In this document: positions 48,370 through 62,896 of the stretch, one piece after another | How positions within the stretch are numbered: position 1 is the stretch's first letter | How the letters are laid out: every line of letters starts with the position of its first letter | Assembly (NCBI GenBank): GCA_977030845.1 | Contig: OZ365118.1 | Coordinates: 22,940,001-23,004,000 of the forward strand | Source: Fimbriosthenelais zetlandica | Taxonomy: Eukaryota | DNA length: 64,000 nt | Direction: 5' to 3' | The notes under the pieces: generated by a model | Databases searched by the model: none | What the model was told of the DNA's origin: nothing | The model's input: the letters and a program-made list of their open reading frames with translations, nothing else | Position numbers and translations under genes: made by a program

Positions 48370-51300
48370 CTTTCACTTTTTTTCTCAGATTACCATATAA
48401 AAACTATCCATTTCTCCCCCAGTTTAAGTGGAGTTAGCCATTTGGCAGGTGTGGACTTTCAGGGCAATTTTCCAGAAAACCAAACAGATAAAAATAACAC
48501 TATTTGTGGATGTATTTGATCAAGATAAGACCTGGAGGATGTGTGGGGCGGGGAGTGATGGGGACTGGTTTAATGAGAGGGTTCACCATGGTCGGTTAGT
48601 TAGTAGGGTTCACCATGGTCGGTTAGTGGATTAATTAACCCTCAGGCTGTGATATGTACGGATCAACCTTAACACCGCATTGTTCATATAGACTTCAAAC
48701 GCTACTTTACTGCCCTTCCTCCCCACTCACCACCCACCCATCTCATTATCAGTATCTAGTCAGCTTCATTCTCTTTATTGATTACATTCCCCGCCCCCCG
48801 GAGATGGTCTCACATTGTTGGCCCGCTCCCCCGGCCCGTCTGAACCCACACTCATTCACCAACCCACCAAACATTCAATGCATTTTTCCAAGAAATTTGC
48901 AACACTAAAAGTCATCTACGTTCTTTAGAATTGGCCGTGAATAGCACATTATGTCAGCCCTAAAACACAAAGACGCGGGGAAATAACCCCGGCCAGGCTG
49001 GACAAAAGGCAGCGTTTTACATTTTAAACTTGTAAATGTCAATATTTTGAGTCTTAAATTTGAAAAAGGGGCGCATAATATGTGATAACGACGTGCATAA
49101 TGGAGTCGGGATGACATTTTTGTCCCGGTGGGGCACGGAAAATAGGTCCTAAATCCCTCAGGAGGAAGGTGGGGGAAGGGGGGAAGGGGGGAAGGGGCTG
49201 GGTGCAGGGGTAGGGTTACAGGAGATGGGGCAATATGCCGTCATGCCTTTGTTCCTCAGTCTATATCTAATTAATCCACTTATTGTCATAAAATATCAAT
49301 ATAGGTTAATGAGTCTATATGTTAGCCGGGGTGAGCTGGGGGTGAGCTGGGGGGGGGGGGGGGAGGTGAGCTGGGGGTTGAGCTGCACCTATATACCATA
49401 CCAGCATTATAATCCGGCTGTAAGTTTATGTGTGTTTGAGTGAGGTATTGTAGGTTTGTGTTTATGTTTTCAATGTTTGCGTGTCGTATGTTTTCATGTG
49501 TTTTTATGGTGTAATGTTTTTTTTTACAGCCTTCACGGCGCCACTCTATGTTAACCCGTGTTACCTGCTGATAATCTGGTAGTCTGAATCCAGGCTGAAC
49601 CTGGTATCACGTCTAAATCCACTAATACTAATCCTTAAATATGTCTCATATGTAACAAAGATTTCATTAGAATAAAATAGGGGGTTGATTCAACGCAAAA
49701 TTATACATAGGCTTATCACTGGAATCTCTTATACACTCTAAGAAATCCTGGTAGTCTTGCCACTAGAGCTTTCATTAAACCAAGCTGGAGTAACAACTTT
49801 TTATGTCTTAAGGTGGGCTGGCGATTTACTAAAGAAAAGTTGATACATCAGGGGCTTTTAACTTTATTCCGACAATTATTCCAGCTAAGCCGAAAAAATT
49901 ACAACTCGCAGGGACCCCTAATGTTATAACTGCACTTATAACCACAGTGGTCACTGGTGCGTGAAGCCAGTGGTCTAATCCCCCCCCCCCCCCTCCCTAT
50001 ACCTTAGCTTTATTGTCGCGCATGGGGCTAGGGTAAAATCAATATCATTATCACTTTTAAAATAATGCTTACAATTGCATGACATAAAGATGACTTTGTC
50101 ATGTATTAGTTCTAATTTATGTTCTTCAAGCCGCGAGCAGGGATAGGAAAAATAACACATGCAAAGTTTGCTTAATTTGGGCCCGATAATGGTGTGCTAT
50201 TGAATGTTGGTATATTTATTTTGATCAGCAATATGCTGTTTCTTAAAACTTCTAAGTATTTTAGAACCTTGTTTTCAAATAAGAAACCGTGAATTATAAA
50301 TTACAAACAAAGAAACTTTATATATAATATAGCCTCGATCAAGACATGCATGTTACAAGTACTCAGTAAACCAACCTATCCTGTTGAAAGTTGAAAGCTA
50401 GCTACCCCAGTACTTCAAAACACTTTAATTTTGAGTTTCTCGATTTTTGATTAATTTCGCGATTCTTAAATTCGCCTTTTGGCAATGTTTTCTTATTCCA
50501 GTGTATTAAAAGTTTTTAATCTCGCGTTTCTTAATGTCACAATTTCGTTTTTAATATATACTTATATGTTACCATATGATCATATAATGTGCGGGGAAGA
50601 GCCACGGCCAGGTGGTAGCTTTGTATATTGGGGAGGGGGGCTAAGGGGAGGGGGTTTGTTGCTGGTGGGTGGCTGGCTTGTCACACCAGTCACTACCACT
50701 CTACCCGCTGCCGGCTTCACATGGTACCTCTCTGCATTCTCTGCGGGTTGTGTGTGCGTGTGGGCGGGGTTGGGGGTTGGGGGTTGGGGGGAAGAGAACA
50801 CACCCAAACTTATAGTTGTATCTTAGCTCTTGAAGAGGCAACATGTGCATGGTGGACACACGCTGTGGAGGACATAAGAGTACAAAAGGTAACACTCTTT
50901 ACATTAACAGAATTTTCGAGTCCATTTACAAGATTCTATGAGTATATAGACATATCGGATGGGATGATTATTTGCACTCATTTCAATAAATATAAGATAT
51001 ATATTATGCTTTACATTTGTTTCAGACTCAAATGACCAATTAAGGCATGATAGATGATTCAAACTGCTTTAGTTATTCTGGTAAGTAAAAGAATTTGTTT
51101 CGATGAATTTATAACATTCCATTTTGCTACGGCAACTGGGATGGTCTAGTAGTTATCATTTCAATAAAGTATGCTCTGCATTTGTTTCAGATTCGAGAGA
51201 AAGGATATATACAACTCTGAGATGAAGGCCCGATGGAGTGACCCAATTTACTGGTTATTCTAAAATACAGGGATATGAAAAGCTGTTAGGCCGCGTTTGC

Positions 51301-51802
51301 ATTGGGATAAAAGGGTTAGTATATATACATATTTATCCCACTAACACCCTGACTTTTCTTCTTGGTGTGAACATTCCCATGGTGATTTCTTATGAGGAAG
51401 AAGGCCGATTGTTTATATGTTTTATTCCTGCTGAATCATATTAAACATAAACCTTTGCTCTTCTATTTACAGGTGGAAACTTCAGAGGGATTAAGAGACT
51501 GGGCAAGGTATAATACAACAAAGACCTGAATCCACTCCCCCAGTCAGACAGAGCCACAGGCGAACAATAGGCGTAGAGAACAAAAGGCCTACATGGACCC
51601 TAAATTTAGAAGTTGGATTAAAGAAATAATTGACATAAGAATACTATAGACTGACTGATAGAAAAATATAAAATTAGGCTTGTCCAGCATTAATTCAGAA
51701 TGAATATTTCATTAAAACATAATGTTTTTTCTTGCAGGAAACATTCCAAAGGTCGGAATAACCGCTTGCCAAAAATCCCCCCTCTCTCCCTCTCCTTTTA
51801 TT

Positions 51803-51846
<44 letters not shown>

Positions 51847-52096
51847 TCCTGTGACTATCATCCACCCGCCTTTCAATGTATACCATATCATCTTCTAGGA
51901 AAAGAAAAGCTCTCCAATCTCCTTTACAAGTGACCTCAGGAATACAAGGAAAATGTCTCATTAGAGTGTGATGAGAAAATGATGAATTATGATGAATGAA
52001 ATTGATGTTGCAAAAAATAAAGTTTAATCCTCGAGAATAGAACAGGGGGTGGGGTGGGTCGGGGGAGGGGGTGAACAGTTGAAATATAATTATAAT

Positions 52097-52213
52097 CCTT
52101 TAATTGCCCTATACCCTAAGCTTTCCACCTGCCCTCATGCCGTCATGCCTGGCCGCGCGCGGCCGTCATGCCTGGGTGGCCCTTTAATTGGCCTAGTAAT
52201 CCTTTAATTGGCC
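52097..52213. promoter_or_regulatory. Three CCTTTAATTG homeodomain-type sites around a 14-bp GC palindrome
   Basis: CCTTTAATTG x3; GGCCGCGCGCGGCC at 52151-52164, flanked by CCGTCATGCCTGG direct repeats. Confidence 0.25.
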
Positions 52214-53478
52214 TCACTGCCATGTATAATTCCCCTTCGTTTATAAAGTTTGGCTGGTAAAATTATGTCATAAGCCCCTGGTTGGCTGGGAATCTCTCAA
52301 CTAATTGTTGAAATTGGGGATTCCGCTATTCCAACAACGGGCACTGGATGAGGCTGGTAATCATGCAATTTTTCTTATAAATTCGTTCTAAGAGTGTAGT
52401 GAGGTGGGTTATGGTGGGGTGGGGTGGGGCTGGGGGTGGATACATAGGCCTATGTTTTACCATGTCTATTAGTGAGTTAACCATGTCTAACTATTCCCAT
52501 TCTCTCCTCACCACTAAACACCATCAGTAATCCGGCAGGTGTCGTATAAGCCGCGTGCAATACGCGCCTACATTAGTATGCACCTTCCAATAGCCGCCTA
52601 TATCAGAGGAAATTACCCTGACGCTGAATAATAAAAAAATCCACCATAGGTAGGAAGCGAGGAGACGAGGGGAGAAGAGGAAAAAGTGGATGTTTTTTGT
52701 CACCTAGGGCGGCAGTGTGAATTCTAATAGTGTAAAATGCGGGAAAGGCATGGAGGTTTGTTTGCTGGAGTCGAGTGGTTCAGGGGGGGGGGGATGGAGG
52801 GGGGGGGGGGGGGGGGGAAGGTGGAATGCCTACAGTTTGTGTACTTTTCATGCACATGTATAGACTTCAGATTGTCCTGTTGATGTTTAAATTTAATGGT
52901 ACAGACCTAGAGACCTCGCTATACGATGGTCCACGACTTGCACTAAAAGACAATAGACAGGGGCAGTACTCTTAATGCTGATAAATCCACTATCTCCATC
53001 CCGGGTCTCCATCCCCGGGTCTCCATCCCGGGTCTCCATCCCCGGGTCTCCATCCACTATCTCCATCATCCCAGTTAAACAATTAAAGTCCGTCATACAT
53101 GACTCATAATCCAGGATGATAGCCATAAAGTGACGTCCTCATCATCAAACCTCCAATACATGGAGGCGTGCGAACCCGTCTGACACTGTATTATCTCCTA
53201 TAGTCAGTCATAAACCCCCCCCCCACCCCCCACCCCCCACCCCCCACTATAGCCTACCCCCCCCCCACACACCCATATAATCCTACATTACTACCTAATC
53301 CCCCTCCATGCTACATGATCATCCATGTAGACATAGAAACAAAAAGTAAATCTGTAAAACAGATTGAGGTATTGTGAGTGTGATCAGTGTGATCCTGATC
53401 CGGGATCACACACGGTGTGTTTATATCATCTCATACTCCAGGTTGATTCACGTTATATGGTTTGTATCGAGGATTACA

Positions 53479-53541
53479 TGACATCATTTTTAACAATGGT
53501 TTGATGACGTCATAATCATCACCAAGGCAATGATGACGTCA
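53479..53541. promoter_or_regulatory. CRE cluster upstream of the protocadherin
   Basis: TGACATCA at 53479 and TGACGTCA at 53505 and 53534. Confidence 0.35.
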
Positions 53542-56500
53542 CTCAGTAATGAGTTCAATACTGATTGGAAACATTAGAACGCCGGGAGGAGATGGGGTAA
53601 TGGCCGGGGTAATGATGGGGGCATCTGTTGGGGGTTTTTACCAAAAGAAATATGAGCAATTTGAGCTTTTACTTTGGGCATACAGCAGTCTATTTTATCA
53701 GTGTATATCCGCGTGTTTTATCAGTGTATATCCGCGTGTTTTTGGAGTGTAGAGGGAGGTGTGAGTTTATGAGACCTTTGTCTCAAGGTTAGAGTAGGAG
53801 GTGAGTGGCAAACATTATCCTAGAACAGTGACAACCCAAACCTGTATGCCTCATATATGTTGTGGGTTGGGGGTCCGGGGGGGGGGGGGTCTGTGACTGG
53901 GTGGGATACCTTACCTATCCCATGGCCATTTAAATCTCAACAAAAGAATCTAAATTTCAAGGACAGTATAGTTATCTTTAGCAGCTAGTACTTTGTAATA
54001 TTAATTCGGATCTATCAGTGATCATTTTAGAAGCCTACACTCTTGAAACAAGTAGATCAGACCACCAGTGGGATCCATGTTGTATCAGAGTGCCCTCTGT
54101 GAGTGGACCCATGTCGGTACAGAGTGCCCTCTCTGTGTGTCGACTGACCACCTTGTCAAGCCCTCAGTGTAGAGGCGCCTCTCAGGAGTGAAAGTAATAA
54201 ATATGATAATCAGAAATATGGTGGGAGGACAGGTGCCTGTGGTCAGCTACAACCTCCACTATACCGACCATATTCATGAGGTGCAATACACCAGACTCTC
54301 CCTGAGGTGGGAGGGGGAGGGGGAGGGAGGGAGGGAGACAGGGGGAGGGGGATAGATGCAGGAGCAGGAGGGAGACAGGGGGAGGGAGAGGCAGAAAGGG
54401 GAGGGAAATAGAAGACAGATAAGATGGATAGAGGAGAGGACAGATTGTGACATAGACATAGGAGACAGAATGAGAAAGATGGCGTCTATCCACCCTATAC
54501 TCCCCAAGTCCTCACACCCACCTTCAGGAAGCCATTATCATTGTCATTTTCTGTGCTGTTTAAATACATTACATTCCTGTATAAACCTGGCCCCACCTGC
54601 CCGGCTCCTGCCTGCCCGGCTCCTGCCTGCCCGGCTCCTGCCTGCTTCTCCACCTCACATCAAGCTCATCTTATTCTACAATTAACACGGTGTCATATAG
54701 CCATGAATAAGTCACTATAAAACCTAACACCATTACCTCCCCACAGCTTTATCTCACGTATCCATAGTCTGGTTGACGGAGATGAAGTGTGTTTGTCAGA
54801 TTCTCAGATCTCTACATACATGTATGACCGTACAAGATTACACCTGTCTTATATAAATCAGGCATTTGTACATTTCACTGCCATGTTGCCAATTGACCCC
54901 ATGATTATGATCCCATAGTGTGCGCCTGGGATCATTCTAATTATATGCTTCAAGCAAGAACCTACCAACTCCACCACACTGCATTCAATTGACCTACCTT
55001 TAGAAATGACATAAGACTAGACAACTTTCCAAACGTATAGATGTACGTTTCTATACAAACCCTAGACATGTCTATAACATTTAGTGATTGGTCTATAGGT
55101 AAACAAAACGTCCAACCTATACATTCATGTATCAGATTGTGTATATGTATATGTAGGCCTTACAGAGCGTGTGTACAGGTATCAACATTGCCTTAACCTT
55201 ACAGCCATATTAACACACACCATCCCGCCTTAAGCTGTCTACGCCATAGGTGTTACTTTACTTAATTACGCCCGCTCTCTACGCCCCGGGGGCTACACAC
55301 ATACACTACACACATACAGCCAACCTATACTCAATGTCTCATCCCTTTCCCTTGTCCCTATCTCTCTCCCTTGTCCCTATCTTCCTACCTCTTCCTATCT
55401 TCCTCCCTTTCCTCCCTATCACCTTCTACCTCCCATCTCCTCTTCTCTCTCCCCTTTTCTCACTATCTATGCTCTCTATGCTCTGTCTTTCTCACTTTCT
55501 CCTGCCCAAGGACCTAAATCTGCAGGTAAATATAATGAATCAACTTTAGAAATATTGCCTTGAACAGCAGTAACTGGTTAAAGCCAGCCTGGTTGAACTA
55601 TAGCTGCAGTACATGAGAAACATGCCACAAACTAACCCATACACTGGATTTACAGCGGATTTACACTAATCCTGTAATCTCCACTCATTATAGAGAGAGT
55701 CATTAATCTACAGAATATTATAATAAATATTTACACCAAGATCTGAGTCTGTGACAGGTTTAATGCTGATGTAAAACATCCACATAAAACCCAATACAAA
55801 AACAGGTTTATAGACAAATTGATGAAACCCTATAAACATTAATCTGGATTATATGAGCTTTGGGGGCAGGGGATAAAGATGATTAATTTGGAGTAAAAAG
55901 TTGGGGTGAGAAACTCGGTATAAAGACAGAAATGATGTAACGCGTCAAAGAGGAGAATTAGAAATCTGTGAGAGGGCGATCTGAGGGCCTGCCGACCAGC
56001 CCCCTCATTAATTACACCATTCTCTTCCTCTTTTCTTTTTGTTTTTTTTGTTTTTTTTTGTTTTCTTTTTAAGATGGCTTTCACTGCAGATAGGATCAGG
56101 CCTGGGGGTGGGATGACATGGCCAGAAAAAAAATTAAGTGGGCTCCGGTATTGCGACTAAAATTAAAAACTGAAAAAAATGGTTAATAATAGAAATGAAA
56201 GCAGCAAGGGCCAGAGGCAGGTCTGTTTGAAACGGTGGTATAGAGAAAGGCAGGAAGAGAGAGAGAGATAAATTCACGTTACAAGCACCTGATATGACTC
56301 ACACAATGCGAATTATATCAACACAGGCGAAGCGAAGGAGAAAGGGAAGGAGAAAGGGAAGGAGAAAGGGAAGGAGAAAGGGAAGGAGAAAGGGAAGGAG
56401 AAAGGGAAGGAAGGAGAACGAGTGTACAAATCACTGATAAAACATCATAAAGGAAATGGGAAGAGAATTGAATGAGAATCTATAGGGCCAGAATGTATAT

Positions 56501-57574
56501 GGGAATCATTCTACTTAATTGTAGGACTACTGTAGAAAATAGGAAGAGAATTCTACATGGGAACTTTTTCAGAGTGTGCTGGGGTCTGCGCACCTTTTTC
56601 AGAGTGTCTATGGATCTGCGCACCTTTTTCAGAGTGTTGGGATCTGCGCCGCACTTTTTCAGAGTGTGTTGATGATTTATTTCGTGCTCAGGTGAGTTGA
56701 CGTGAACACCTATGATGAGTCTTTATGATGATAAATATTGAGTAATAACTGTTATCACAAGACGTGAAAATTAATTAACACACCTCCCTCTAACTGTTAT
56801 AAATAGGGGGATTTATTAGGCCTGGATGAGTCGGGGGAGGGGTGTGTTGGAGGGTGTAGGGGGTAGAGTTGGGGGTGTAGGGGGGTTGGGGCTATGTATA
56901 TAAGTATAGGGCCTATAGTAGTGATAATAATTGTTAGCCTCGAGGCTAAAGATCCATCTTTATCATAAGACACTCTCTCTCTCACTCTCTCTCTCCTTCT
57001 CTCCTGTCTTTGACAGATCGCTTGCAAATTGGAGCATGAGAGGAGAGAGTCGGTAATAATAACTCTCACCTTATAGACAACTGTTACCTTAAACTGTTAC
57101 CTTCAACCTAAAGCTGGTAAACAATAAACCCCCCTGTTTATAGTGGGTGTCTATTAGGTTGTTAAACCCTGTATTGCCAGGACACCCTGATTCTACGTAC
57201 CCCATGATTTCAGGGCAGGTCTACCACCTTTCTTTCAGACCATCATTCTCTTGGCACCAAGTTTGCACCAAGTAGCACCAGAACCAAGTAGCACCAGAAC
57301 CAAGTAGCACCAGAACCAAGTAGCACCAGAACCAATAGCACCAGATTGCCAAGTCACTCTCACCTCAATTAAGCCTGACTTACATCAGTTGTCAGCCATC
57401 TCAGCTGTACATTTCACCTCCACTCCATGTCCTGCCCCCTCACCTTCCTCCTGTCCCCTCCACCACTCTCCAGCTCTCCTCCACCTCTCTCCTGTCTCAT
57501 TCTATCTACTGAATGTTCCACCTACTGCCCTCTCCTGGTCACTTGACTAATTCATGACAATCCTAGAATGCCAG

Positions 57575-57775
57575 GACAGAGGGGAGCATGTATAGGACAG
57601 AGGGGGGCATGTAGGACAGAGGGGGGCATGTAGGACAGAGGGGGGCATGTAGGACAGAGGGGGGCATGTATAGGACAGAGGGGAGCATGTATAGGACAGA
57701 GGGGAGCATGTATAGGACAGAGGGGAGCATGTATAGGACAGAGGGGGGCATGTATAGGACAGAGGGGGGCATGTT
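57575..57775 (+). repeat. 19/21-bp minisatellite x~10
   Basis: GGACAGAGGGG(G/A)GCATGT(AT)A. Confidence 0.9.
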
Positions 57776-58516
57776 AAACATCGTACATCTCAATGTATCT
57801 CTAACATTCAGCTCACCGACACTTCATCCTTTCTCAATCTCACCCAAAAATAAGATCAAAGAGATTGCCTTCCTACTAAGGCCACTTTAGACCAAGAAGT
57901 GTGTAATATTGGTGTTTTGTGGCGGGTGGTGGGAGGGTTTAGGTGGGTGGTGGGAGGGTTTAGGTGTGTGGGTGAGTGGTTTAGGTGGGTGGGTTTAGGT
58001 GGGTGGGCTACCTGAGCCAGCCTGTGGTGAATGTTTCACATTCTCTGAGTGCCTCAGTCGTGATAAAGTTGGTCGGGTGTCTCCTCCATTATGTCACGTG
58101 TCTACTGACTGTAGCAGATTTACCTACATCTACTGCTACATGGCTACAGACTGGCTACATGGCTACAGGCTGGCTACACGGCTACAGGCTGGCTACATAC
58201 AGTATGGCTACAGGTATGACTACAGTATGGCTGTATTGTAGGCCTATTGATTAAAATATTTAAAAAATGATTAAAATATTATTGCAAATATCTGAGCAAG
58301 TGGAAACAATCAATCTGTGAATGTGGGTTGAATGACTGTTAGGATTCTGTGACTAGATGAGGGTAATGTCAGTGTCTGTGAGCGGGGGGCTGCCTCTCCC
58401 TGCCTCTCCCTGTCTCTCTCTGTCTCATATAATCTTTAACAGCTCCAGTCACCGCCTCTCACGACCATATAACGGCTTTTACCGGCCTTCAAAACGTATA
58501 CGACGGCGTGATAACG

Positions 58517-59365
58517 AGCCCCGCTCAGCCCCGACCAGCCCCGCTCAGCCCCGCTCAGCCCCGACCAGCCCCGACCAGCCCCGCTCAGCCCCGCTCAGCC
58601 CCGCTCAGCCCCGCTCAGCCCCGACCAGCCCCGACCAGCCCCGCTCAGCCCCGGCCAGCCCCGACCAGCCCCGCTCAGCCCCGCTCAGCCCCGACCAGCC
58701 CCGACCAGCCCCGCTCAGCCCCGACCAGCCCCGACCAGCCCCGCTCAGCCCCGGCCAGCCCCGACCAGCCCCGCTCAGCCCCGCTCAGCCCCGACCAGCC
58801 CCGACCAGCCCCGACCAGCCCCGCTCAGCCCCGACCAGCCCCGACCAGCCCCGACCAGCCCCGACCAGCCCCGCTCAGCCCCGACCAGCCCCGACCAGCC
58901 CCGCTCAGCCCCGGCCAGCCCCGCTCAGCCCCGCTCAGCCCCGACCAGCCCCGACCAGCCCCGACCAGCCCCGCTCAGCCCCGACCAGCCCCGACCAGCC
59001 CCGCTCAGCCCCGGCCAGTCCCGACCAGCCCCGCTCAGCCCCGGCCAGCCCCGACCAGCCCCGCTCAGCCCCGCTCAGCCCCGACCAGCCCCGACCAGCC
59101 CCGACCAGCCCCGACCAGCCCCGACCAGCCCCGACCAGCCCCGACCAGCCCCGCTCAGCCCCGCTCAGCCCCGGCCAGCCCCGACCAGCCCCGGCCAGCC
59201 CCGACCAGCCCCGCTCAGCCCCGGCCAGCCCCGACCAGCCCCGACCAGCCCCGACCAGCCCCGACCAGCCCCGACCAGCCCCGACCAGCCCCGGCCAGCC
59301 CCGACCAGCCCCGCTCAGCCCCGCTCAGCCCCGACCAGCCCCGCTCAGTCCCGCTCAGCCCCGGC
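58517..59365 (+). repeat. 10-bp GC-rich satellite, ~85 units of three interspersed variants
   Basis: CCGAC/CCGCT/CCGGC + CAGCC; explains the 339-aa and 298-aa Pro-rich ORFs. Confidence 0.98.
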
Positions 59366-59814
59366 TCTGTATTTAAACTGATTGAATCCGTGATGTTCAT
59401 CTAGAAGAAGTGAAGAGCGGTAAATATAGTGAGAGCAGGAGAATAGGGCGGAGGATGGCAAGGATGACAGGAGAATGGGGAGCAGCAGGCAGGTGTGTCG
59501 GTTCTCACGGTGCCTCCTCTCATGGTGTTAGAATACCTGCAGTATTCACTACCTGAACATTCACACACATGACAAGACAAAAACAAGGATCACTGCTCCA
59601 CCATTATACAATATCACAATATCCTTCACACAATTCAACTCTTCCCTGCTCTGCTGGCAACTATTTTCGTAAAATTAATAATTCGGTGAATAGATTCCAC
59701 TTTCAGACAACTAAAATTAACTTGGCAGTGACATGGAACCTGCTTCAAAACCACCATTAGCAATGTTAAGTCTATGGGGAATATTTGGACTGAAACGGGC
59801 CCATGGATTGTTGA

Positions 59815-59881
59815 TTGTATGGTTGCTAGTCTAATATCGCCTGGCATGTGAGGGACCCGGGTTCGAATCCCAGTCAGGGGA
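59815..59881 (+). pseudogene. Degenerate tRNA-like sequence or SINE head (tRNA-Asp-like 3' half)
   Basis: CGCCTGGCATGTGAGGGACCCGGGTTCGAATCCCAGTCAGGGGA resembles the anticodon, T and acceptor arms of tRNA-Asp. B-box at 59860-59870; D arm degenerate and anticodon stem broken. Confidence 0.5.
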
Positions 59882-61845
59882 ATCACATTCTTTCTTTACC
59901 AAGTTAGACAACTTGAAACGTAGTATATCTTATATCTTTCAACCCACAAAAGAGTTCACATTGCCCATTATATTAACGATAGTCTGTAAAGCTCCTTCCT
60001 GATCTATCATAACAAAGGCCGTACATATATTACCATTGAGGGGGAACAGTAACAAAGAGGGTGAGATAGAGAGGGGGACTAGAGGGCCGGGAGGGCGACC
60101 CGGGCCCCGAGGCTTCTCTCATAATGATCCAAAACCAAATACTTCACTCAAATAAAAATAAACATCTCCTCTATAACTGTGAGACATTTCATGTGTGACA
60201 GGAGATAGCCATCTACACGGCAACATATGGTCGTTATTTGTCGTTATTTTTTGGGTTATTTTTCATAAAACATGTTCATCTTTCTCCACTAATTTAGCCT
60301 GACTGTCATGGCTGGTGACTCCATGAACACAGCCTCAGTCATATGATCATTAAAAGACAAGACAATACCGTCACTCTGACATCAATGACAAATCTACATT
60401 CATTAGTCTGTAGAGTAAGTTTTTCTGCCCCGGGGCCATGCCCCCACCCCCCAGCCCCACCAAACGTTTACTAATACTTCAAACACAAATATCTCCTTGT
60501 TCACTTTGTGGGTCAGGGGATGTTTTCCTGGAGTTAAAGGAAATAAAGGATATTGTTTTATTATTTTTTGATATGGTTTTATTTTTTTTTGTGTGTGTTT
60601 TATAGCAGTACACGTGTAGACGACAGGATGTTTAACAGATAAGATGAACAGAGACAAATTGAAGTCTGTAAACATCAGTTCGTCAACTTATTACCATATT
60701 TCTTGGAAGCAGGTGGATACAAGATGGCAGAGGTCATCCCTACATAACGCTGAATAGATGGATAGGCTAGATATCAACTAATGGTATGTTTTCACATTCC
60801 AGGTGTGTTTCTCAGACTTGTCAGATACATCCAGGTAAATCTCATACACCTTTCACAGGTAAAAACTAATGTTACTTTAACAGACAGCAGGATGACCCAT
60901 GCAGCTTTCTCCAGGTTGACCCATGCGGTTTTCTCCTGATAATATATATGACTTCTGTACATTATTTTGGTAAATATTTGAGGCCGAGGGCTAAGCTTGA
61001 GGACATATATTCATGGACTTAGACTACCTCCCATGTCAGAGTGAAGAGTTAAACTTAGCCTGGAGGTCTGGGAAAAAGTCCAACATTAGGTCCGGTACTT
61101 TGCCTTGGTTGTAAAGGACGGATTCAGGCCGTCCCTCTCCCTCCAGGCCTCCACCGAGACCCATTAGTCTCAAAAATCTTTCTCAGGTTTGGTTTAGGAC
61201 GCATGACACCAATTCCTGTCAATGATTTACTAAATATCCGCCTCAAAAAGCGACCAGGGCCAGTCTAGTCAGGACTGTGATAGTTAGTAATGTGTATGGG
61301 AAGTGGAGGTGGAGTTGAAAGATTGAAACTAAAACCTATACTTAACTACAGAGCTAACTCCTCCCACACCACTCCTACATGTCCCCCACTCCCTCCATCC
61401 CCCTGTCCTCTCCCTCCTCCCCCTCCCCTTCCCCCCTGATTAAGGGGTAGCTGGGAGCAATGTTGACCAGAAGGGAATGTTGCCTGACAAAGTGACCGCT
61501 CTAACAGCCGTGAGTGTGAATGGGCTGACATGAACCTATTCTCTCTATATACTTGTACTACATGTCCTACCTTCCAGCTTACACCTGGAATTAGATCTAA
61601 AGAAACCAAAAATGAGAACTGAACCAACATAATGTGAGCCTCACAAAGCTCTCCCCATCAAACAGCAGCCTCATTCATCCACCTTTTGATCCATAACTCC
61701 GTCCATATTTCACCCACTAAGTCGAGAGTTTCTTTTAAGTTTAAAAAATTGACTTGAGTGAGTAAATATTGGTATTGTTGGAGGGAGGCGGGTTATATAT
61801 GACTGTATAATAGATCAAAGCCTGGTTAGAGGGGTGAGAATGTCT

Positions 61846-61876
<31 letters not shown>

Positions 61877-62624
61877 CATCCACACAGTCAGAATCATAAC
61901 CTGATACTCTGACGTACGTTAAAGCTTCCACAAGCCTCAAGGCCGCTCCGACTTTTATTCCTACCCCGCCTTCCGTCCCGTTCCGTCTCCCCCGTATCAG
62001 ATTCCATTGTAGCGGGGTTTCTATGCCACCTCCACGCCTTCTAAACGCCCCCTGGGCCCGGCAATGATATATGAATTAATAAGATAGTGGATTTGATACA
62101 ATGAACATGTCCATGTATTTATTCTGGGTGGGTGGGTGGGTGGGTGGGTGGGTGATGACAGCCCCCCCCCCCCGACCTACCAGCCCGTGAATACATCTTT
62201 TATTTATTAATCTGACTTCTCTCTTAAATTGCGTCGAGGCAATTTAGAACATGGGGAATACTAGTAGAGGGAGAGAGACTGCACTCCTCCTAATTAAAGG
62301 CAAAAACAGTGTGTGGCTTTAATCAATCTTGTAGAGCCAGGCCGCTTCCATCTTAGTAGGATTCGGGTGTGAAGCCTCCTCATCTCTCTCTCCTTTTCAC
62401 AAACAACATACTTGATTAGGAGTATTTCTAACAATACTCGGGGGACGTTCCCGTACTCCGCCTGTCTCTCGGGGGTTGTGGAGGCACGGTGCTGGCTATA
62501 AACAGTCGTACTGTGTAAAACAATCCCATCCAATCATTTGAAGCCATATGCTTTTAAGGCTTTAATATCATAAAGTACAAATAAAGGAAACTTGATCTGA
62601 CTGTACTGAGTAAACATAATAACG

Positions 62625-62896
62625 GGGGTTGTGTGTGAGGGTTGTGTGTGAGGGTTGTGTGTGAGGGTTGTGTGTGAGGGTTGTGTGTGAGGGTTGGTGG
62701 TTGTGTGTGAGGGTAGTGTGTGAGGGTAGTGTGTGAGGGTAGTGTGTGAGGGTAGTGTGTGAGGGTAGTGTGTGAGGGTAGTGTGTGAGGGTAGTGTGTG
62801 AGGGTAGTGTGTGAGGGTAGTGTGTGAGGGTAGTGTGTGAGGGTTGTGTGTGAGGGTTGGTGGTTGAGTGTGAGGGTTGTGTGTGAGGGTTGGTGG
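62625..62896 (+). repeat. 13-bp minisatellite x~20
   Basis: GTGTGTGAGGGT(T/A). Confidence 0.95.

Noticed and set aside
50360-50560. Resemblance to non-autonomous DNA-transposon/Helitron-type repeats (TTAATTTCGCG motifs); similar texture at 35060-35450 and 48900-49140
   Set aside because: No termini or target-site duplication could be delimited by eye; needs RepeatMasker.
58357-59404. 339-aa and 298-aa Pro/Ala-rich ORFs
   Set aside because: Translations of a stop-free 10-bp satellite; no unique coding sequence.
62625-62896. Telomere-like TGAGGG in the 13-bp repeat
   Set aside because: The 13-bp period has no TTAGGG units; not an interstitial telomere.
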